A program made the position numbers and the translations under genes. From an uncultured virus (IMG/VR IMGVR_UViG_3300024255_000007) (taxonomy: Duplodnaviria; Heunggongvirae; Uroviricota; Caudoviricetes): a DNA stretch of 62,635 nucleotides. Location: IMG/VR virus record IMGVR_UViG_3300024255_000007; one strand, given 5' to 3'. The first letter of the stretch is position 1, and the number at the start of each line of letters is the position of its first letter. Of this stretch, positions 1 through 11,513 are shown piece by piece. Below the pieces are notes generated by a model that saw nothing but the letters and a program-made list of their open reading frames with translations, made no database searches and had not been told where the DNA came from.

Positions 1-1
1 C

Positions 2-3000
2 GCCGAATACTGTTTCGTTATCTAGTAAAACTACATGTTCTTTTTGAACAAGTGGTAATTTTATATGATAAATGCCGTCTTGCGTATTCTTTGGTAATAT
101 TCCAAAAGTATTTTGGTTATCTCTTACAATACTAGTAAACGATTTGTCAAGTCTTGTACCGTCTGATTTAAACAACGAGTAATCGTAAAACTTATCAAAT
201 ATATCGTCAACTACACAATAATCTTTTGAAAATGTTATTTCAGAAGCTGCTGGGCTTAATGACAGAACTGATCCAGCTGCCCAATTCTGTGTAGTCCAAA
301 ATAAGAATTCTTTTACAGACAAGCTCCAATTTGACACTTGACTAAGCTCATCATTGTAATAGTTAAACTCAAATCCTTTTTCAACTAGGCTTGCTTCGTA
401 TCCTAGTAAAAAGTCAATTACTTCTTGTCGAGTTTTTAGTAATGTTCCGTAAGGTATAGATAACTCACGTGTTGTAAACTCTCTTCTAAGTATTGCAGAG
501 CTACCTCCTATAAGTGGAAGTGTTGCAATCTGTTGAAACTTTTCTACATCTATCGTAGTTCCACTTACATGACTTTCTTTACATCTATAAAATGATCCAG
601 AAAATCTAACATTTTGTGATTTAACATACTGTTTTCTTTCACTCCACTCAACAAATGTTTCGCTTATGCCGCCTATGTTAATACTAGGATCATTTGCTCT
701 TACAAATGGTTGTTTGTACTCAAAAGTTGCTTTTTCTCTATCATATCCTCTAATAATAAATCCGTTAGACTGTTTTTCAACTATAACTCCGCTATAACTT
801 ATCGTAGTAACAGGTGAGCTGCTATTTAAAAATACTTTATAGTTTTCTTGCGGGACAAATACATTTCCTTTATTTAAAGGTGTACGTGAATCTAGTATTA
901 ATTTAAATTTTTCTTGCTCAGTAAATCCGCCTACTTTTAAAGATATTCTATTATTAATATTTGATATTAAATTTTGATATGATTTATAATTTGAAGTAGT
1001 ATTACTTGCAAGATAATTATAAACAAAATTTACTAATCCGCTAGTTGTCTGACGGGTATTATCTTTTACTGTATTAGGAAATACAATATCTTTTAATCTA
1101 ATACAGTTATTAGTTTTTGTTGATACTAGGTTTCCAACTAAATCACGTTTGATACGACTAATGTCAAAGCCTATACCTAGTACTTTAGCAGGTTGATTTA
1201 ATACCCAACTTAGTAACACTGCAAACGGATATTCAGCTGATTTTCTCCATGCTGTTTCTGCTGGGTTGCCGTCACCATATCCAAATAATTCTTTTGTAGG
1301 ACCAGCAACATAATTTTGTGCAAAGTTACTTTCTAATGGACTTAATAATACTCCTGTGTCATCTACAGGAATATGGTTTACTAGCCCAGGTCTTGAATAT
1401 TTTTTATTTGATTTTATTGCGGAAGACGGATCTCTAATTATACCGTTTTGTAAATCTTCCCAAAGTAATGTGTTACTTCTAGTATATGGTGAAGGACCGT
1501 ATTCATCTTTCCACCATTTTGGTTCTATTGTAAATCCTAACATTTCCCAAGGGTGTGTGTGAGGACGATCAGTATCATATGCTTGTATATAAACCTGTCT
1601 CCACCAACCTGGTAACTGATTACCTTGTGGTGAAATCATAGTTTTGTAATTATATGTAAAACTATTACCTTCAATATAATATTCATTTGAAGTATAATCA
1701 GGATTACCAGCAAGTGTAGTCCATTGTATAAAGTCAGCAGTATAAGATTTGTCTATAGCTTTTTTAGTAAACTTAGTATCTCTATATTCGCCGCCAATAA
1801 AATCATGTATGTCTAGTAGGTTAGTATTATACGCTTGTTTTAAATTATTAAAAATTCTTAATTCTAGTTCTAATATTAAATCATCTCTAAAATCGTCATA
1901 TGCTTTAACAATACTTCCGTCGTGTCCTTGAATCATTGTTACTGGTTCAATGTATGTATTATCAGTAAAAATCTTAGGCTGGTACTTAGGGTATAAACCT
2001 AACTTAGTTGGAGTTGCTGGAACATAGCATCCATCAGTTGATTCATATTCATAGATTTCAATAATATCGCCTGGTGCTTTAGTAGCTGTAATATTAACAA
2101 AACCTTCATCGTTAAATGTATAATCTTTACCATGTGTTAATTGTAATCCATTAAGGTATACTAACACTGCTTTTTCAGTTAACGATGTTATACTAAAAAT
2201 TTCATTTAGTGCATAATAATTTGTATCGCTTGAACTTACATTATGTTCAGTACGTAAGTATCCTGATACCGGTACCATATCTGTAAAATAAAATGGCATA
2301 CTGTCATTTTTTTCTGCATTTATAGTAGAGAATATTTTATCTACAGTCTGTTTTACTGGACCGTCATAACCTAAATTATTTGCAGTTTGTAAAAACAATC
2401 TTTTAAATTTTGCATATTCTAATCTAGAATATCTTATAGCCTTTACTACATTTGCTTCTTTATTAGTAATATGGAATAATGGTAAATTGATAGGGCCACT
2501 ATGTTTTACAAATCTAGTACCAAATCTATCAACATCGCCTAAATCTCGCAAGTTGCTTGATCCAGGGTATACATTACCGTTATATTGGTTAGTGTTTTGT
2601 ACAATAGTACCAACATGATCAATAACTTCACCTAAAGTAAAGCTTGCCATATCATCGTTTAATGGATTTCTTTCTAAGTTATGAGCAAGCTCATAATAGC
2701 CGTTACTATTTGCAGTTGCAGAACTATAACAATTTAATTGTAAAACGTCATCTACAGATAAATCATTTTCAAATCTTATAAATGCTACATCATTAATAAT
2801 GTCTATTGTATAATGTAAATCTTTCTTTTGAATATTATTATTTAAAATTACTTTTACATCTAAATCTAACAATAAGCCGCTGTTATCAAAAACGTCAACT
2901 GCAAAATTATTAACTTGATCACCTGCAATGTATTGTCTAATAACTGCTTGTTGGCTTAATTTTCTACCCTTACTCCATCCATTCTGATTAGTAAAATTTG

Positions 3001-5047
3001 TTCTATCTCTAAATTTCTTTAGATATAGTGCATTACTTTTTATTGTGGATAATACAGTATTATTTTGGTATGTATAACTTTCAGTTATCAACGAAAAGTC
3101 AAAAAGTATGTCGCCGAGATTTTCTATATTTTTATAAGATAATCCAAAACCTAATTCGCTATCTGTTGCTTCTTGTGTATTTTGCACATAAGAAAAAATA
3201 CTATTACCTGTAAAATCGCTCGACGTATATAATTCTTTATCTGATATACTATTGCCAGTATCGTCAAATAAGTCAAATAGCGGTTGCTGATTTGTAGCAG
3301 TTTTATCTTGACCTTGTTTCCAGTCTGTTCCGTCATAATACCAAGATGTACCTTTTTGTAAAGTGCCATTTGTTATTAATAGTGTTTCATTTTCTAAAGG
3401 AGTAGTATCAGCTTCTTCAATTAAACTTATTATACGTCCTTTATCTTGAACTGTTATAAAATTAACTTTATATATTTTATTTTTTACTAATATGTCAGTA
3501 TCGGCAGCAAACAATATACGCATACCTTCTGATATATCTACGCCATCAATATTATATCCTAACGATCCTTCAATAGTACTAAAAACATCCTTTGTAATAG
3601 TATCAATTAAATCAATATCATTTTTTGCCTGTGTACCATATTGGTATAACTTTAATCCTGCTTCAAATTCAATAATAGGACGTGTGGCTCTAAAAGTTTG
3701 ATCAATTACTGCTGGTTGTCCATTGTATTCTGCACTTTTTTCTATTACATCTCTGTGGAACCATCTATTATATCTGCTCCAAGGATTTCTATCTACGCTA
3801 GATCTATTAATTACAATATAATCTTTTACTCCAGCAAAACTATTTGCATTTTCAAAAGGCATACGATCAAAACCTTCGGAATCAAATTCAATTTGGATAT
3901 CGTCTACATATGCAGCAGGAATAGTTAAATTATCTTCATTAATTAATTTAATTTTTTCACCAACGCCTTCAACATACCAAGCGCCTGTTGCATACTGTGT
4001 AGGAGATACTTCTCCTACAAACTCAACTTTTAATCCATTTGTAAATTCAACACCATTGGCACTTCTATAAGTTTTCTTTCCAATAATATCATTAATATCA
4101 ATACTTGTGTTTTCTTCAATATCAAATACTTTTACTAGCCCGCTAGTATTAATGCTAGTTTTACTTGCATAATATAATCTATCAGGTGCTTCGTAAGCAA
4201 CAGTAAGTTCTATTGTTCCTTCTTCAACATTTACAGGTGGAATTTCATTTCCATCTAAATCAAATGCTTTCATACTTTCAATATATACTGAACTTATACT
4301 TTCACCTGCTGATTCTGCTGTAAGTAATCGGTAGGTCCCAGTATTGTCAATTTCTATTTCATACTGAACATCTGCAAAGTTTAGATTAGTGTTAAAACTA
4401 AATGGATGTCCTGGAGTATTAATTTCAAAGATATATTTCTGACCTCTAAAAAGTCTAAGATCAGGATTAGGTGTAAAGCCAGGAGGAGAAAACAAATAAA
4501 CTGTATTATCGTCTTGTTCTTCTGCGGTTACAACATATGTACTTTGTACTGTGTTGTTTTCGCCTGCAACATTAACTGTCTGTGCTCCGTACGGTAACCA
4601 ATAGTATTCACGGAAATTAACAAACTTATCCCAATCAATATTTGGGTTCCATGAATAGTATTCTTGCGAGTTTAATAAACTTTGATTACTAACGTTACCA
4701 TTAAAGTTTGATATTTGGTTTATATAATCAGGATAGTCTTTATAAAATTGTACATTGCCTAAATCATCAGTTACAACTGCTGCTGGTTCAAGTTGTCTAT
4801 TTTGACGTTGCTCACTTACATCATTTATGTAAGTGTCGTTAGCTCTAAAACTTTTAGCAGTCTTTCTTCCATAATACCCTTCAACTTTAGTTGCAACACC
4901 TGGTTGTAACATTTGATCAATTGTACTAGAAAGTATTTTTTGATTTGCATTTGTTCTAAAATATTTAGGTAAAAGATCTACACTTTTTCTATTTTCATTA
5001 GAATTTAACGGTACTGGACTCTGCGATTGATTTTTATTATAAGCCAT
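2..5047 (-). CDS. Giant baseplate wedge-type structural protein (gp7-like position), 5' part only; runs off the left edge
   Basis: Not in the ORF track because there is no stop in the window. ATG at 5047-5045 overlaps the TAA of the gp6-like gene (TAATG). It reads MAYNKNQSQSPVPLNSNENRKSVDLLPKYFRT...WDKFVNFREYYWLP and is still open at base 2 (...LPLVQKEHVVLLDNETVFG). The middle was only spot-checked. The function is inferred from its position after gp6. Confidence 0.75.
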   Translation of the reverse strand, partial: MAYNKNQSQSPVPLNSNENRKSVDLLPKYFRTNANQKILSSTIDQMLQPGVATKVEGYYGRKTAKSFRANDTYINDVSEQRQNRQLEPAAVVTDDLGNVQFYKDYPDYINQISNFNGNVSNQSLLNSQEYYSWNPNIDWDKFVNFREYYWLPYGAQTVNVAGENNTVQSTYVVTAEEQDDNTVYLFSPPGFTPNPDLRLFRGQKYIFEINTPGHPFSFNTNLNFADVQYEIEIDNTGTYRLLTAESAGESISSVYIESMKAFDLDGNEIPPVNVEEGTIELTVAYEAPDRLYYASKTSINTSGLVKVFDIEENTSIDINDIIGKKTYRSANGVEFTNGLKVEFVGEVSPTQYATGAWYVEGVGEKIKLINEDNLTIPAAYVDDIQIEFDSEGFDRMPFENANSFAGVKDYIVINRSSVDRNPWSRYNRWFHRDVIEKSAEYNGQPAVIDQTFRATRPIIEFEAGLKLYQYGTQAKNDIDLIDTITKDVFSTIEGSLGYNIDGVDISEGMRILFAADTDILVKNKIYKVNFITVQDKGRIISLIEEADTTPLENETLLITNGTLQKGTSWYYDGTDWKQGQDKTATNQQPLFDLFDDTGNSISDKELYTSSDFTGNSIFSYVQNTQEATDSELGFGLSYKNIENLGDILFDFSLITESYTYQNNTVLSTIKSNALYLKKFRDRTNFTNQNGWSKGRKLSQQAVIRQYIAGDQVNNFAVDVFDNSGLLLDLDVKVILNNNIQKKDLHYTIDIINDVAFIRFENDLSVDDVLQLNCYSSATANSNGYYELAHNLERNPLNDDMASFTLGEVIDHVGTIVQNTNQYNGNVYPGSSNLRDLGDVDRFGTRFVKHSGPINLPLFHITNKEANVVKAIRYSRLEYAKFKRLFLQTANNLGYDGPVKQTVDKIFSTINAEKNDSMPFYFTDMVPVSGYLRTEHNVSSSDTNYYALNEIFSITSLTEKAVLVYLNGLQLTHGKDYTFNDEGFVNITATKAPGDIIEIYEYESTDGCYVPATPTKLGLYPKYQPKIFTDNTYIEPVTMIQGHDGSIVKAYDDFRDDLILELELRIFNNLKQAYNTNLLDIHDFIGGEYRDTKFTKKAIDKSYTADFIQWTTLAGNPDYTSNEYYIEGNSFTYNYKTMISPQGNQLPGWWRQVYIQAYDTDRPHTHPWEMLGFTIEPKWWKDEYGPSPYTRSNTLLWEDLQNGIIRDPSSAIKSNKKYSRPGLVNHIPVDDTGVLLSPLESNFAQNYVAGPTKELFGYGDGNPAETAWRKSAEYPFAVLLSWVLNQPAKVLGIGFDISRIKRDLVGNLVSTKTNNCIRLKDIVFPNTVKDNTRQTTSGLVNFVYNYLASNTTSNYKSYQNLISNINNRISLKVGGFTEQEKFKLILDSRTPLNKGNVFVPQENYKVFLNSSSPVTTISYSGVIVEKQSNGFIIRGYDREKATFEYKQPFVRANDPSINIGGISETFVEWSERKQYVKSQNVRFSGSFYRCKESHVSGTTIDVEKFQQIATLPLIGGSSAILRREFTTRELSIPYGTLLKTRQEVIDFLLGYEASLVEKGFEFNYYNDELSQVSNWSLSVKEFLFWTTQNWAAGSVLSLSPAASEITFSKDYCVVDDIFDKFYDYSLFKSDGTRLDKSFTSIVRDNQNTFGILPKNTQDGIYHIKLPLVQKEHVVLLDNETVFG

Positions 5048-8000
5048 TAGTAACTATATCCTCCGTTACTGGAACTACCTGATGAGCTGCTTGATGTATT
5101 AGAACTACTTGTTGGTGTAGCTGATGCGCTTGTTATTCCTGTATTTTGGGATAACGACGAACTTGTAATTACGTTACCAGTAGCATTTAATCTAGTAGCA
5201 GTAATTTCATCTATTAACTCTACGTCTGCAACTGTTGCTGAGTTTATAAAAATTTCATCTGATTCAGACTTTATTTCAAATAAACTACCAAATGTCTGAC
5301 TTGATTGTTTCGGAACAATTAACATTGTAACTAAATCTGGAGCAAGCCTACTCATTACATATGTTACTAGTTCTTGGAAATAAAATGTATCGCCAAATTC
5401 CCAGTTTTCTAATGCAAAGTATTGATTAATTGCATCAATAACTCGTGTTCTTATATCGTTATCATTTAATACTTGATCTTTATTCTTAACTAATTTGAAC
5501 GTAGCCTGTAAGTCACTGTTTGCATAGTTTCCAAACAACGGTTTGTATTTTACTGGGTGATAAATTATTTCATCACTAATAGATTTAATTTTGTTTAGTT
5601 CTGCACCGTAGCTTCTATACAATTCGTCGGAACTAGGAGGCAATGGTTTAGAGTTTAGTTGACCATCTAGATACAATCTAAATTGTCTATCATACTCTTT
5701 AGTTAATAAGAAACTATCAATTAAGTTACTTGCACTTGGATCAATTCTTGCATTAGTATCTGCTACATGCACATACTGGAATTTAATTTCATCTCTACCA
5801 ACAAATGCTCTGTAATTAGCAGTAAGTCTTAATTCAGGAACACTTGATACTAATGTTTTAAATGTATTTGTTTCATGGAAGTAAAATAACTGACCGTCAT
5901 CGTACTGACTATAAGCACCTACAGGTCCATCGTATTTTGTAGGACTAACGTCAACTACGTGTACATTAAGATCAGTTTTAGAAATGTATCTAAAATCTTC
6001 AGTGCCTGCTTGTGTTCTATATTTTTCTAAAAATACATATGGCGTATCTGCATTTATATCTGGATCAATACAGTACTGCTCAAATAATTCTGGATCATCA
6101 ATTGTGTCATCATTGTCAGAGTTAGCAAAAGTTACTTCTATTTTAGTACTATCAATGTATCCTTCAGCATCTCTATATTCTTGTAAAGTTTCCCAATCAA
6201 ATGTTCTTGAAAAATTATTAATGCTGCCTGGTCTAGTATTAATACTTAATACACTAATTTTATCTTTAATAAGTTTACCAGTCTTTGCATCAAATATTTT
6301 ATCATTATCGTCATACCAAAATCTTATTTCTTTATCGCTTTCAAATACATATCTTAACATTCTATAAGTTACTGTATAAATTTCACCATCAGTTTCAAAA
6401 AGAATTATCCAACTTGAGTCAAGATTTTGATTACTTAAATCACCTGTAAATCCTGAAGAAAAGTTATTTCTTTTATTAATATTAGTTTCTTTTATTAGTC
6501 GCCACTGTCTAAGATTGCGATCATAACGTAATCCAAAATCATTATAAGCAAATGTTTGATCTATAATTTCAGTCTTTACGTCATCTAATAAACTAGTTGC
6601 TAACTTTGGACGCACTTGCGACAACTGTGCCCCTGTCGGTATATCATCACTTAGTGTAATCGCACCAAGATTAGTATCTGTAGATGTAATGCCATCTGAT
6701 TGTACTTGTATTACTTTGGTCCAAATGTATTCTCTTGATCCTGGGTGATCTGCTAAACCAGACATAATTGTTCCGTCTGCCATAAAGTGTTGCGGAGTCC
6801 CGTCTTGTAGTGGCGGTGCTATAAATTTAATTACAGCGCCTGGTTCAACATAACGCAATGAGGTTGCTGTGAATCCGCCAACTTGAAATGTTTGATTATC
6901 AATGTCATCAAAAAATCCTGTAAATGTATTAACATCACGACTCACACTATTCCAGTATACTCCTAGATCAATAGTATTAACTGTTGATAATTTGTCTAAG
7001 TAAAAATGTTTTACTTTTTTATCAGTTAATATTGGCTCAATAGAATTAATAATTACGCCTTCAATATCTGTTTGGGTATCAAATGTAAAATTTGTCTTGC
7101 CTGTAATTTCTTGTTTATAAACTATACCGTCATTTCCGTATAAGTTAGTGTTAGAGTATTTTCCAGTAGCATCAATTAAATCAAAATATCTTGATATCCC
7201 GCTTGATGTACGGTTAACACTTTTAACTTTTACAATATCTTGGCTTACTCCAAGTGGACCTATGTTATAGTCCTCTCCTGTGATCATTCTATTTTGAGTA
7301 TAGTATGTCGACGGAGCACTTCTTTTTATACTTTCATTAGTTTCACTAGTTTCACTGTTGCTTACAGTATATTCTAATCCAAGTGTAAGAGTTAATGTAT
7401 GCACTTTGCCGGCTTTACTTAGATAACTAATATCAATTTCAACACCATTAACAGACTGTGGTGAAATAATCATTTTTCTATTACCACTAGTTCTGTAATA
7501 AATCTTAAAATTACCTTTAGGTAAATTGCCAAATACACCATCGCTAAAAATTAAATTTATTCTATCATCTACTCTAGTTGTTACACTATAGACATTACGT
7601 ATTTTTTTACTTAAACTATTATAGATAATGTTGTTACCTTCAACAGCATCTAGCTTGGTCCAAAATTCGTTTTCATTTCCATTAGCGTCTAGTTTGTATA
7701 ACCAAACATCGCTATTGTTTATGTTTGTTGAGTCAATTGCAATTGTTTGATTTGAAGTTGGTTGTGATATACTAAAATCACCAGTGTTTAAAACACCTTG
7801 TCTAAAGTGTGCAAAAAATCCACTATTTGAACTACCAGCACCTTGGCCGTCATCTCTATATAGGAATGCAAAGTTGTTACCCGGAATTGGTGGTTCTTCT
7901 TGTATATCACCATCATTAATATCAGTACTTACAACTTGAAACGGAGTAGACTTTGCTTCAATAGCTTTATTAAAACTATATACCGGAACATTAGTGTTTA

Positions 8001-8574
8001 TACCGTTTACTCTATATTGCTCTGTAGAAATTCCGTTTACATCTTCTTTTTTATTAGGTCTTCCAAATACTCCGTTTACTGGTAAAGACGTATTCATTAT
8101 TTTAATAAATTGTTCATACCAGTTTGCGTTTGTGCTGTCATTCCATTCAATAGTTTGCCCAGCAAGGTTAACTCCATTACTATCTAATACATCTTCTGTT
8201 GTTTTAATAGCAGAAAACTTTAACAACCCGTTGGCTGCTTGATTACGTTTTGGATTATACGATAACAAACGTGCAAGACGTAAGATGCTTTCTCTACGCT
8301 CTGCTAATTCAAGATAGTTTTCACGTGCATTTAGATCAATACGGAATGCAAGATTTTGACCTAAGAACGCAATGAGGTCAATTAATGCAAGATATTCTGA
8401 ACTTTCAATGTAGTCGTTAAAGTCTTCAGGATAATTTCTCCTGAGATAATTAATCATTGTTCTGCGTAGATTGTCAAAGTCGTAGCTTTGGAAATCTGCA
8501 TTACGGAAAGTTTGGTATACACGTTTCCAATCTTCCGCAACTAGTAATCTATTCTGTCTATCTGTTGCTGACAT
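5047..8574 (-). CDS. gp6: Baseplate wedge subunit, T4 gp6-like
   Basis: 1175 aa. N-terminal 'DFDNLRRTMINYL...EDFNDYIESS...ENYLELAERRESILRLARLLSYNPKR' and 'TQNRMITGEDY' are typical of the gp6/baseplate-J family. Adjacent to a gp25-like gene. Confidence 0.85.
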   Translation of the reverse strand: MSATDRQNRLLVAEDWKRVYQTFRNADFQSYDFDNLRRTMINYLRRNYPEDFNDYIESSEYLALIDLIAFLGQNLAFRIDLNARENYLELAERRESILRLARLLSYNPKRNQAANGLLKFSAIKTTEDVLDSNGVNLAGQTIEWNDSTNANWYEQFIKIMNTSLPVNGVFGRPNKKEDVNGISTEQYRVNGINTNVPVYSFNKAIEAKSTPFQVVSTDINDGDIQEEPPIPGNNFAFLYRDDGQGAGSSNSGFFAHFRQGVLNTGDFSISQPTSNQTIAIDSTNINNSDVWLYKLDANGNENEFWTKLDAVEGNNIIYNSLSKKIRNVYSVTTRVDDRINLIFSDGVFGNLPKGNFKIYYRTSGNRKMIISPQSVNGVEIDISYLSKAGKVHTLTLTLGLEYTVSNSETSETNESIKRSAPSTYYTQNRMITGEDYNIGPLGVSQDIVKVKSVNRTSSGISRYFDLIDATGKYSNTNLYGNDGIVYKQEITGKTNFTFDTQTDIEGVIINSIEPILTDKKVKHFYLDKLSTVNTIDLGVYWNSVSRDVNTFTGFFDDIDNQTFQVGGFTATSLRYVEPGAVIKFIAPPLQDGTPQHFMADGTIMSGLADHPGSREYIWTKVIQVQSDGITSTDTNLGAITLSDDIPTGAQLSQVRPKLATSLLDDVKTEIIDQTFAYNDFGLRYDRNLRQWRLIKETNINKRNNFSSGFTGDLSNQNLDSSWIILFETDGEIYTVTYRMLRYVFESDKEIRFWYDDNDKIFDAKTGKLIKDKISVLSINTRPGSINNFSRTFDWETLQEYRDAEGYIDSTKIEVTFANSDNDDTIDDPELFEQYCIDPDINADTPYVFLEKYRTQAGTEDFRYISKTDLNVHVVDVSPTKYDGPVGAYSQYDDGQLFYFHETNTFKTLVSSVPELRLTANYRAFVGRDEIKFQYVHVADTNARIDPSASNLIDSFLLTKEYDRQFRLYLDGQLNSKPLPPSSDELYRSYGAELNKIKSISDEIIYHPVKYKPLFGNYANSDLQATFKLVKNKDQVLNDNDIRTRVIDAINQYFALENWEFGDTFYFQELVTYVMSRLAPDLVTMLIVPKQSSQTFGSLFEIKSESDEIFINSATVADVELIDEITATRLNATGNVITSSSLSQNTGITSASATPTSSSNTSSSSSGSSSNGGYSY

Positions 8575-8594
8575 TTGCGTTCCTCTGTTATACT

Positions 8595-8603
8595 GTATTT
8601 ATT
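8595..8603 (-). promoter_or_regulatory. T4-type late promoter box (AATAAATA)
   Basis: TAAATA on the minus strand ~20 nt upstream of the gp6-like start, followed by a GAGG SD. Confidence 0.6.
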
Positions 8604-8630
8604 TGATTTGTAAACTACGTATTTTATTTC

Positions 8631-9077
8631 TTAGCTCAATAACCCGTTAGATTGATCAAACTGTAATCGCATAGTTTCTGCAATACTGTAGTTCAAATAA
8701 ATCAATACACATTCAATTTGTATTCCACTTTCGTACTCTGATACAATAACTTGATCTACGTTAACTCTAGGATCATAGTTAATAATATCTTCTATATTTT
8801 TTGTAATAGCAGCTTTTAAGGAATCAGTTAGTGGATCAAAAATTACGTCCCATATAATTGTGCCAAATTCAGGATTTTCTAATTTTTCACCTTGCCGTAT
8901 ATGAAAGTGATTAATAATATCCTGTTTTATAACTGCAAGATCATATAATCTAAATCCATCATTTTCTGGGTTAACTGTAGATATACTTCTATATGCAGCA
9001 TTACTTGCCGGTGTTTCTACCGACTGTGCTGTTTTTACATTTACACGCTTATATAAATTTTTCTCTAATGTACTCAT
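8631..9077 (-). CDS. gp25: Baseplate wedge subunit gp25-like (GPW/gp25 family)
   Basis: 148 aa with 'IKQDIINHFHIRQGEKLENPEFGT...I.NYDPRV', the gp25 family pattern. Confidence 0.9.
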   Translation of the reverse strand: MSTLEKNLYKRVNVKTAQSVETPASNAAYRSISTVNPENDGFRLYDLAVIKQDIINHFHIRQGEKLENPEFGTIIWDVIFDPLTDSLKAAITKNIEDIINYDPRVNVDQVIVSEYESGIQIECVLIYLNYSIAETMRLQFDQSNGLLS

Positions 9078-9086
9078 AATTTTTCC

Positions 9087-11513
9087 TTACTGCGGACCTG
9101 AATTTCTTGTTGGCGGTGCGCCGGCTTGATCGTTAGGTGCTGGACGTAATGCTCTGATAGCAGCAATAACTGTATTTGTTGCAACAAGAGACTTGTTTAG
9201 TCCGTCGCCTGCATAGTAACTTTCTTCTGCATTGACCATACGGAACTTGCCCTGTGTTCTACTACACACTGGCATCGATGCCCATTCTTGTGCTATATTA
9301 ATTGCAAATCTAGCTTCCGTAATCGAACCAGCAATATATTGGGCAATTCTTCTGCGTCTTAATAGAGCATTAGCTAATCTATCTTGTACTTCCGCATTAT
9401 ACACTTCATCTACACTTGCAGCACCTTCTGCTACTAGACTACGTAATGTACTTCTAATGATTTGATACTTACCTGCTGCACTACTTGCGCTACCTAGTAC
9501 ATCTGTGCTATGATCTCCCCATTGTAGAACTTCTGTAATAGTACATGCAGATAAGTCTTTTCCTAAATATTCTTTTGTAGTAATCTTGCTATTACTAAAC
9601 ACAGTATCATAATTTGCTCCAGATTCAGCTTGTGCAATTATATTCAATAAATCTCCGCCTGGTCCAACACTACTATAATCAGGTGTTACTGTAACCGGCG
9701 CTGTTCCGTTTACACTTGGTGCTGCACCAAATCCGCCTGCTTCTCGAGTTCCTCCTGCCCCACTCTTTTGGAAAGTGTCAGGAGTTCTAATATTGATAGT
9801 ATCAATAAACGGTGAAGTATTTTGTTGATCGGTTTCCGCTTTCTTGAATTTTAACGGATCTAAATTTTCATGTTGGCTCCAAGGTTCATGACTTGGCATT
9901 CTTCTTACTATAGTGTTTACATCATCTGGCGTAAACACTCCAGGATTAGTAACCGGCAATCCATGAGTTTTAAGTAGTGCTACTTCTGTTGCGTCTGCAG
10001 GATCATTTGCACTACCTGCTGCGGCTGACTGACCACTATTCCAATATATTGTAGTAGCATCTCCTGCTAATTGTGTGTCGGCTTGTAAGTCTATGTTTGT
10101 GCCAGCTCCTAAGCTAACTTTTGCGCTTGCTTTTACATTAATATTTCCGCTTGTTGCTTCTGCATTAATGTCTCCGCTTGCTTTTAAATCTACTGTGCCT
10201 CCTGTAGCATGTAGTTTAAACGATGCATCAGTAGTAGTGTTAATTTCTCCTATTACATGAGAGTTGTGTGTTCCTTTAGTATAATCATCTCTATTAGATT
10301 CAACGTGAATTTTCATGTTTTCGTCAGCACGAAGATTCATATCGTTCTTGCTTTCTATTTGTACATTGCCGCTTGTTCCGCCTGTAGATAAACCATCTGA
10401 AAATCTTGCACTAGCTCGTATATTAACATTTCTTCCGCCTTCGATATTTACATCGCGATCGGCTGTAAAGTTTAGATCATTGTCGCTGTGAATGCTTACA
10501 CTATCATTAGCATATACATCAATTTTACCATCGCTTGATAATTCTATCCACGCTGTTCCTCGTGAATTACCAATGTAAATGAAATCTTCTGTATTGTGCA
10601 TTAGTATTTGATGACCGCTACGTGTTCTAAGTCTTGTTAGTTCATTTTGAGGAAGTGTAGGATCGCCGCCTGTTTCGCCGCCTTCTACATTTACATACGA
10701 AGGTGGACCTTGTTCAGCTGTTGTTTTTCTTAAAAGTTTATCGTCGCCGTCGTCCATAACTATCGATGCACCACCTAAGCGGTTTACAAATCTATTTGAT
10801 CTTGCATCTAGTTGGCCTGATTGCCCTTTTGGTGCGCCGTTACGTTTATCAATCGGTCCTGGCGTACTCCATCCATATACACTACTAGGTAAATCTCTTC
10901 TAGCACTAGTAGTTGTTAATCCTCTTGCTTCGTCTTGAATAAGTCCTTGTATTTCTAAAACTTGAGTAAAATCTTTATTGTAAGGTTTTTTGAATTTAGT
11001 AGGATCTGCACGAGTTCCGGTTTCAATTTTTTTATTGTATTCACCTACGGGTAATTTAGATCCTTTTAAATTACTTGGAGTTGCATCTGTTGTTATTTCA
11101 GTACTTGCACGGCCATCAGGAACCATAAAATTCATATATGCATCTTGTATACAGCCAATCCAATAACAACGAGAAATATCACCGTTTACAAATAAAACTA
11201 ATACTCGTGTTCCCGGGTCCGGTGGCACTGCCCAAAAACCATAACTTTTTTGTGTTGAACTATATCCGTCATTACCCTGTGTATGCTGAAATCCTGTAGT
11301 TCCGTAAAACGGTGATAGATATCTTGCTTCAATACTATTACCTATTTTTTCTGGTATACTACCGGCATCGCTTCTTCTTAGAATATCAACTAATAATCCG
11401 CCTTGATAATTAGGATCAAGTGTACTAACTACAATTGCTTCAAACGGACCGTTTCCGTGGGTAGCAATTTCATTTGCAAGTACGTTTTGATTTGTCCTTC
11501 TACTTACTGCCAT
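9087..11513 (-). CDS. gp5: Baseplate central spike gp5-like, with C-terminal lysozyme-like domain
   Basis: N-terminal OB-fold pattern (DP..G...PPDPGTRVLVLF.NGD...YWIGC), a beta-helix region (RTRSGHQILM...), and a C-terminal 'IAQAESGANY...AAGKYQII...QD...EWASMP' resembling lambda R/GH104-type muramidases. Confidence 0.8.
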   Translation of the reverse strand: MAVSRRTNQNVLANEIATHGNGPFEAIVVSTLDPNYQGGLLVDILRRSDAGSIPEKIGNSIEARYLSPFYGTTGFQHTQGNDGYSSTQKSYGFWAVPPDPGTRVLVLFVNGDISRCYWIGCIQDAYMNFMVPDGRASTEITTDATPSNLKGSKLPVGEYNKKIETGTRADPTKFKKPYNKDFTQVLEIQGLIQDEARGLTTTSARRDLPSSVYGWSTPGPIDKRNGAPKGQSGQLDARSNRFVNRLGGASIVMDDGDDKLLRKTTAEQGPPSYVNVEGGETGGDPTLPQNELTRLRTRSGHQILMHNTEDFIYIGNSRGTAWIELSSDGKIDVYANDSVSIHSDNDLNFTADRDVNIEGGRNVNIRASARFSDGLSTGGTSGNVQIESKNDMNLRADENMKIHVESNRDDYTKGTHNSHVIGEINTTTDASFKLHATGGTVDLKASGDINAEATSGNINVKASAKVSLGAGTNIDLQADTQLAGDATTIYWNSGQSAAAGSANDPADATEVALLKTHGLPVTNPGVFTPDDVNTIVRRMPSHEPWSQHENLDPLKFKKAETDQQNTSPFIDTINIRTPDTFQKSGAGGTREAGGFGAAPSVNGTAPVTVTPDYSSVGPGGDLLNIIAQAESGANYDTVFSNSKITTKEYLGKDLSACTITEVLQWGDHSTDVLGSASSAAGKYQIIRSTLRSLVAEGAASVDEVYNAEVQDRLANALLRRRRIAQYIAGSITEARFAINIAQEWASMPVCSRTQGKFRMVNAEESYYAGDGLNKSLVATNTVIAAIRALRPAPNDQAGAPPTRNSGPQ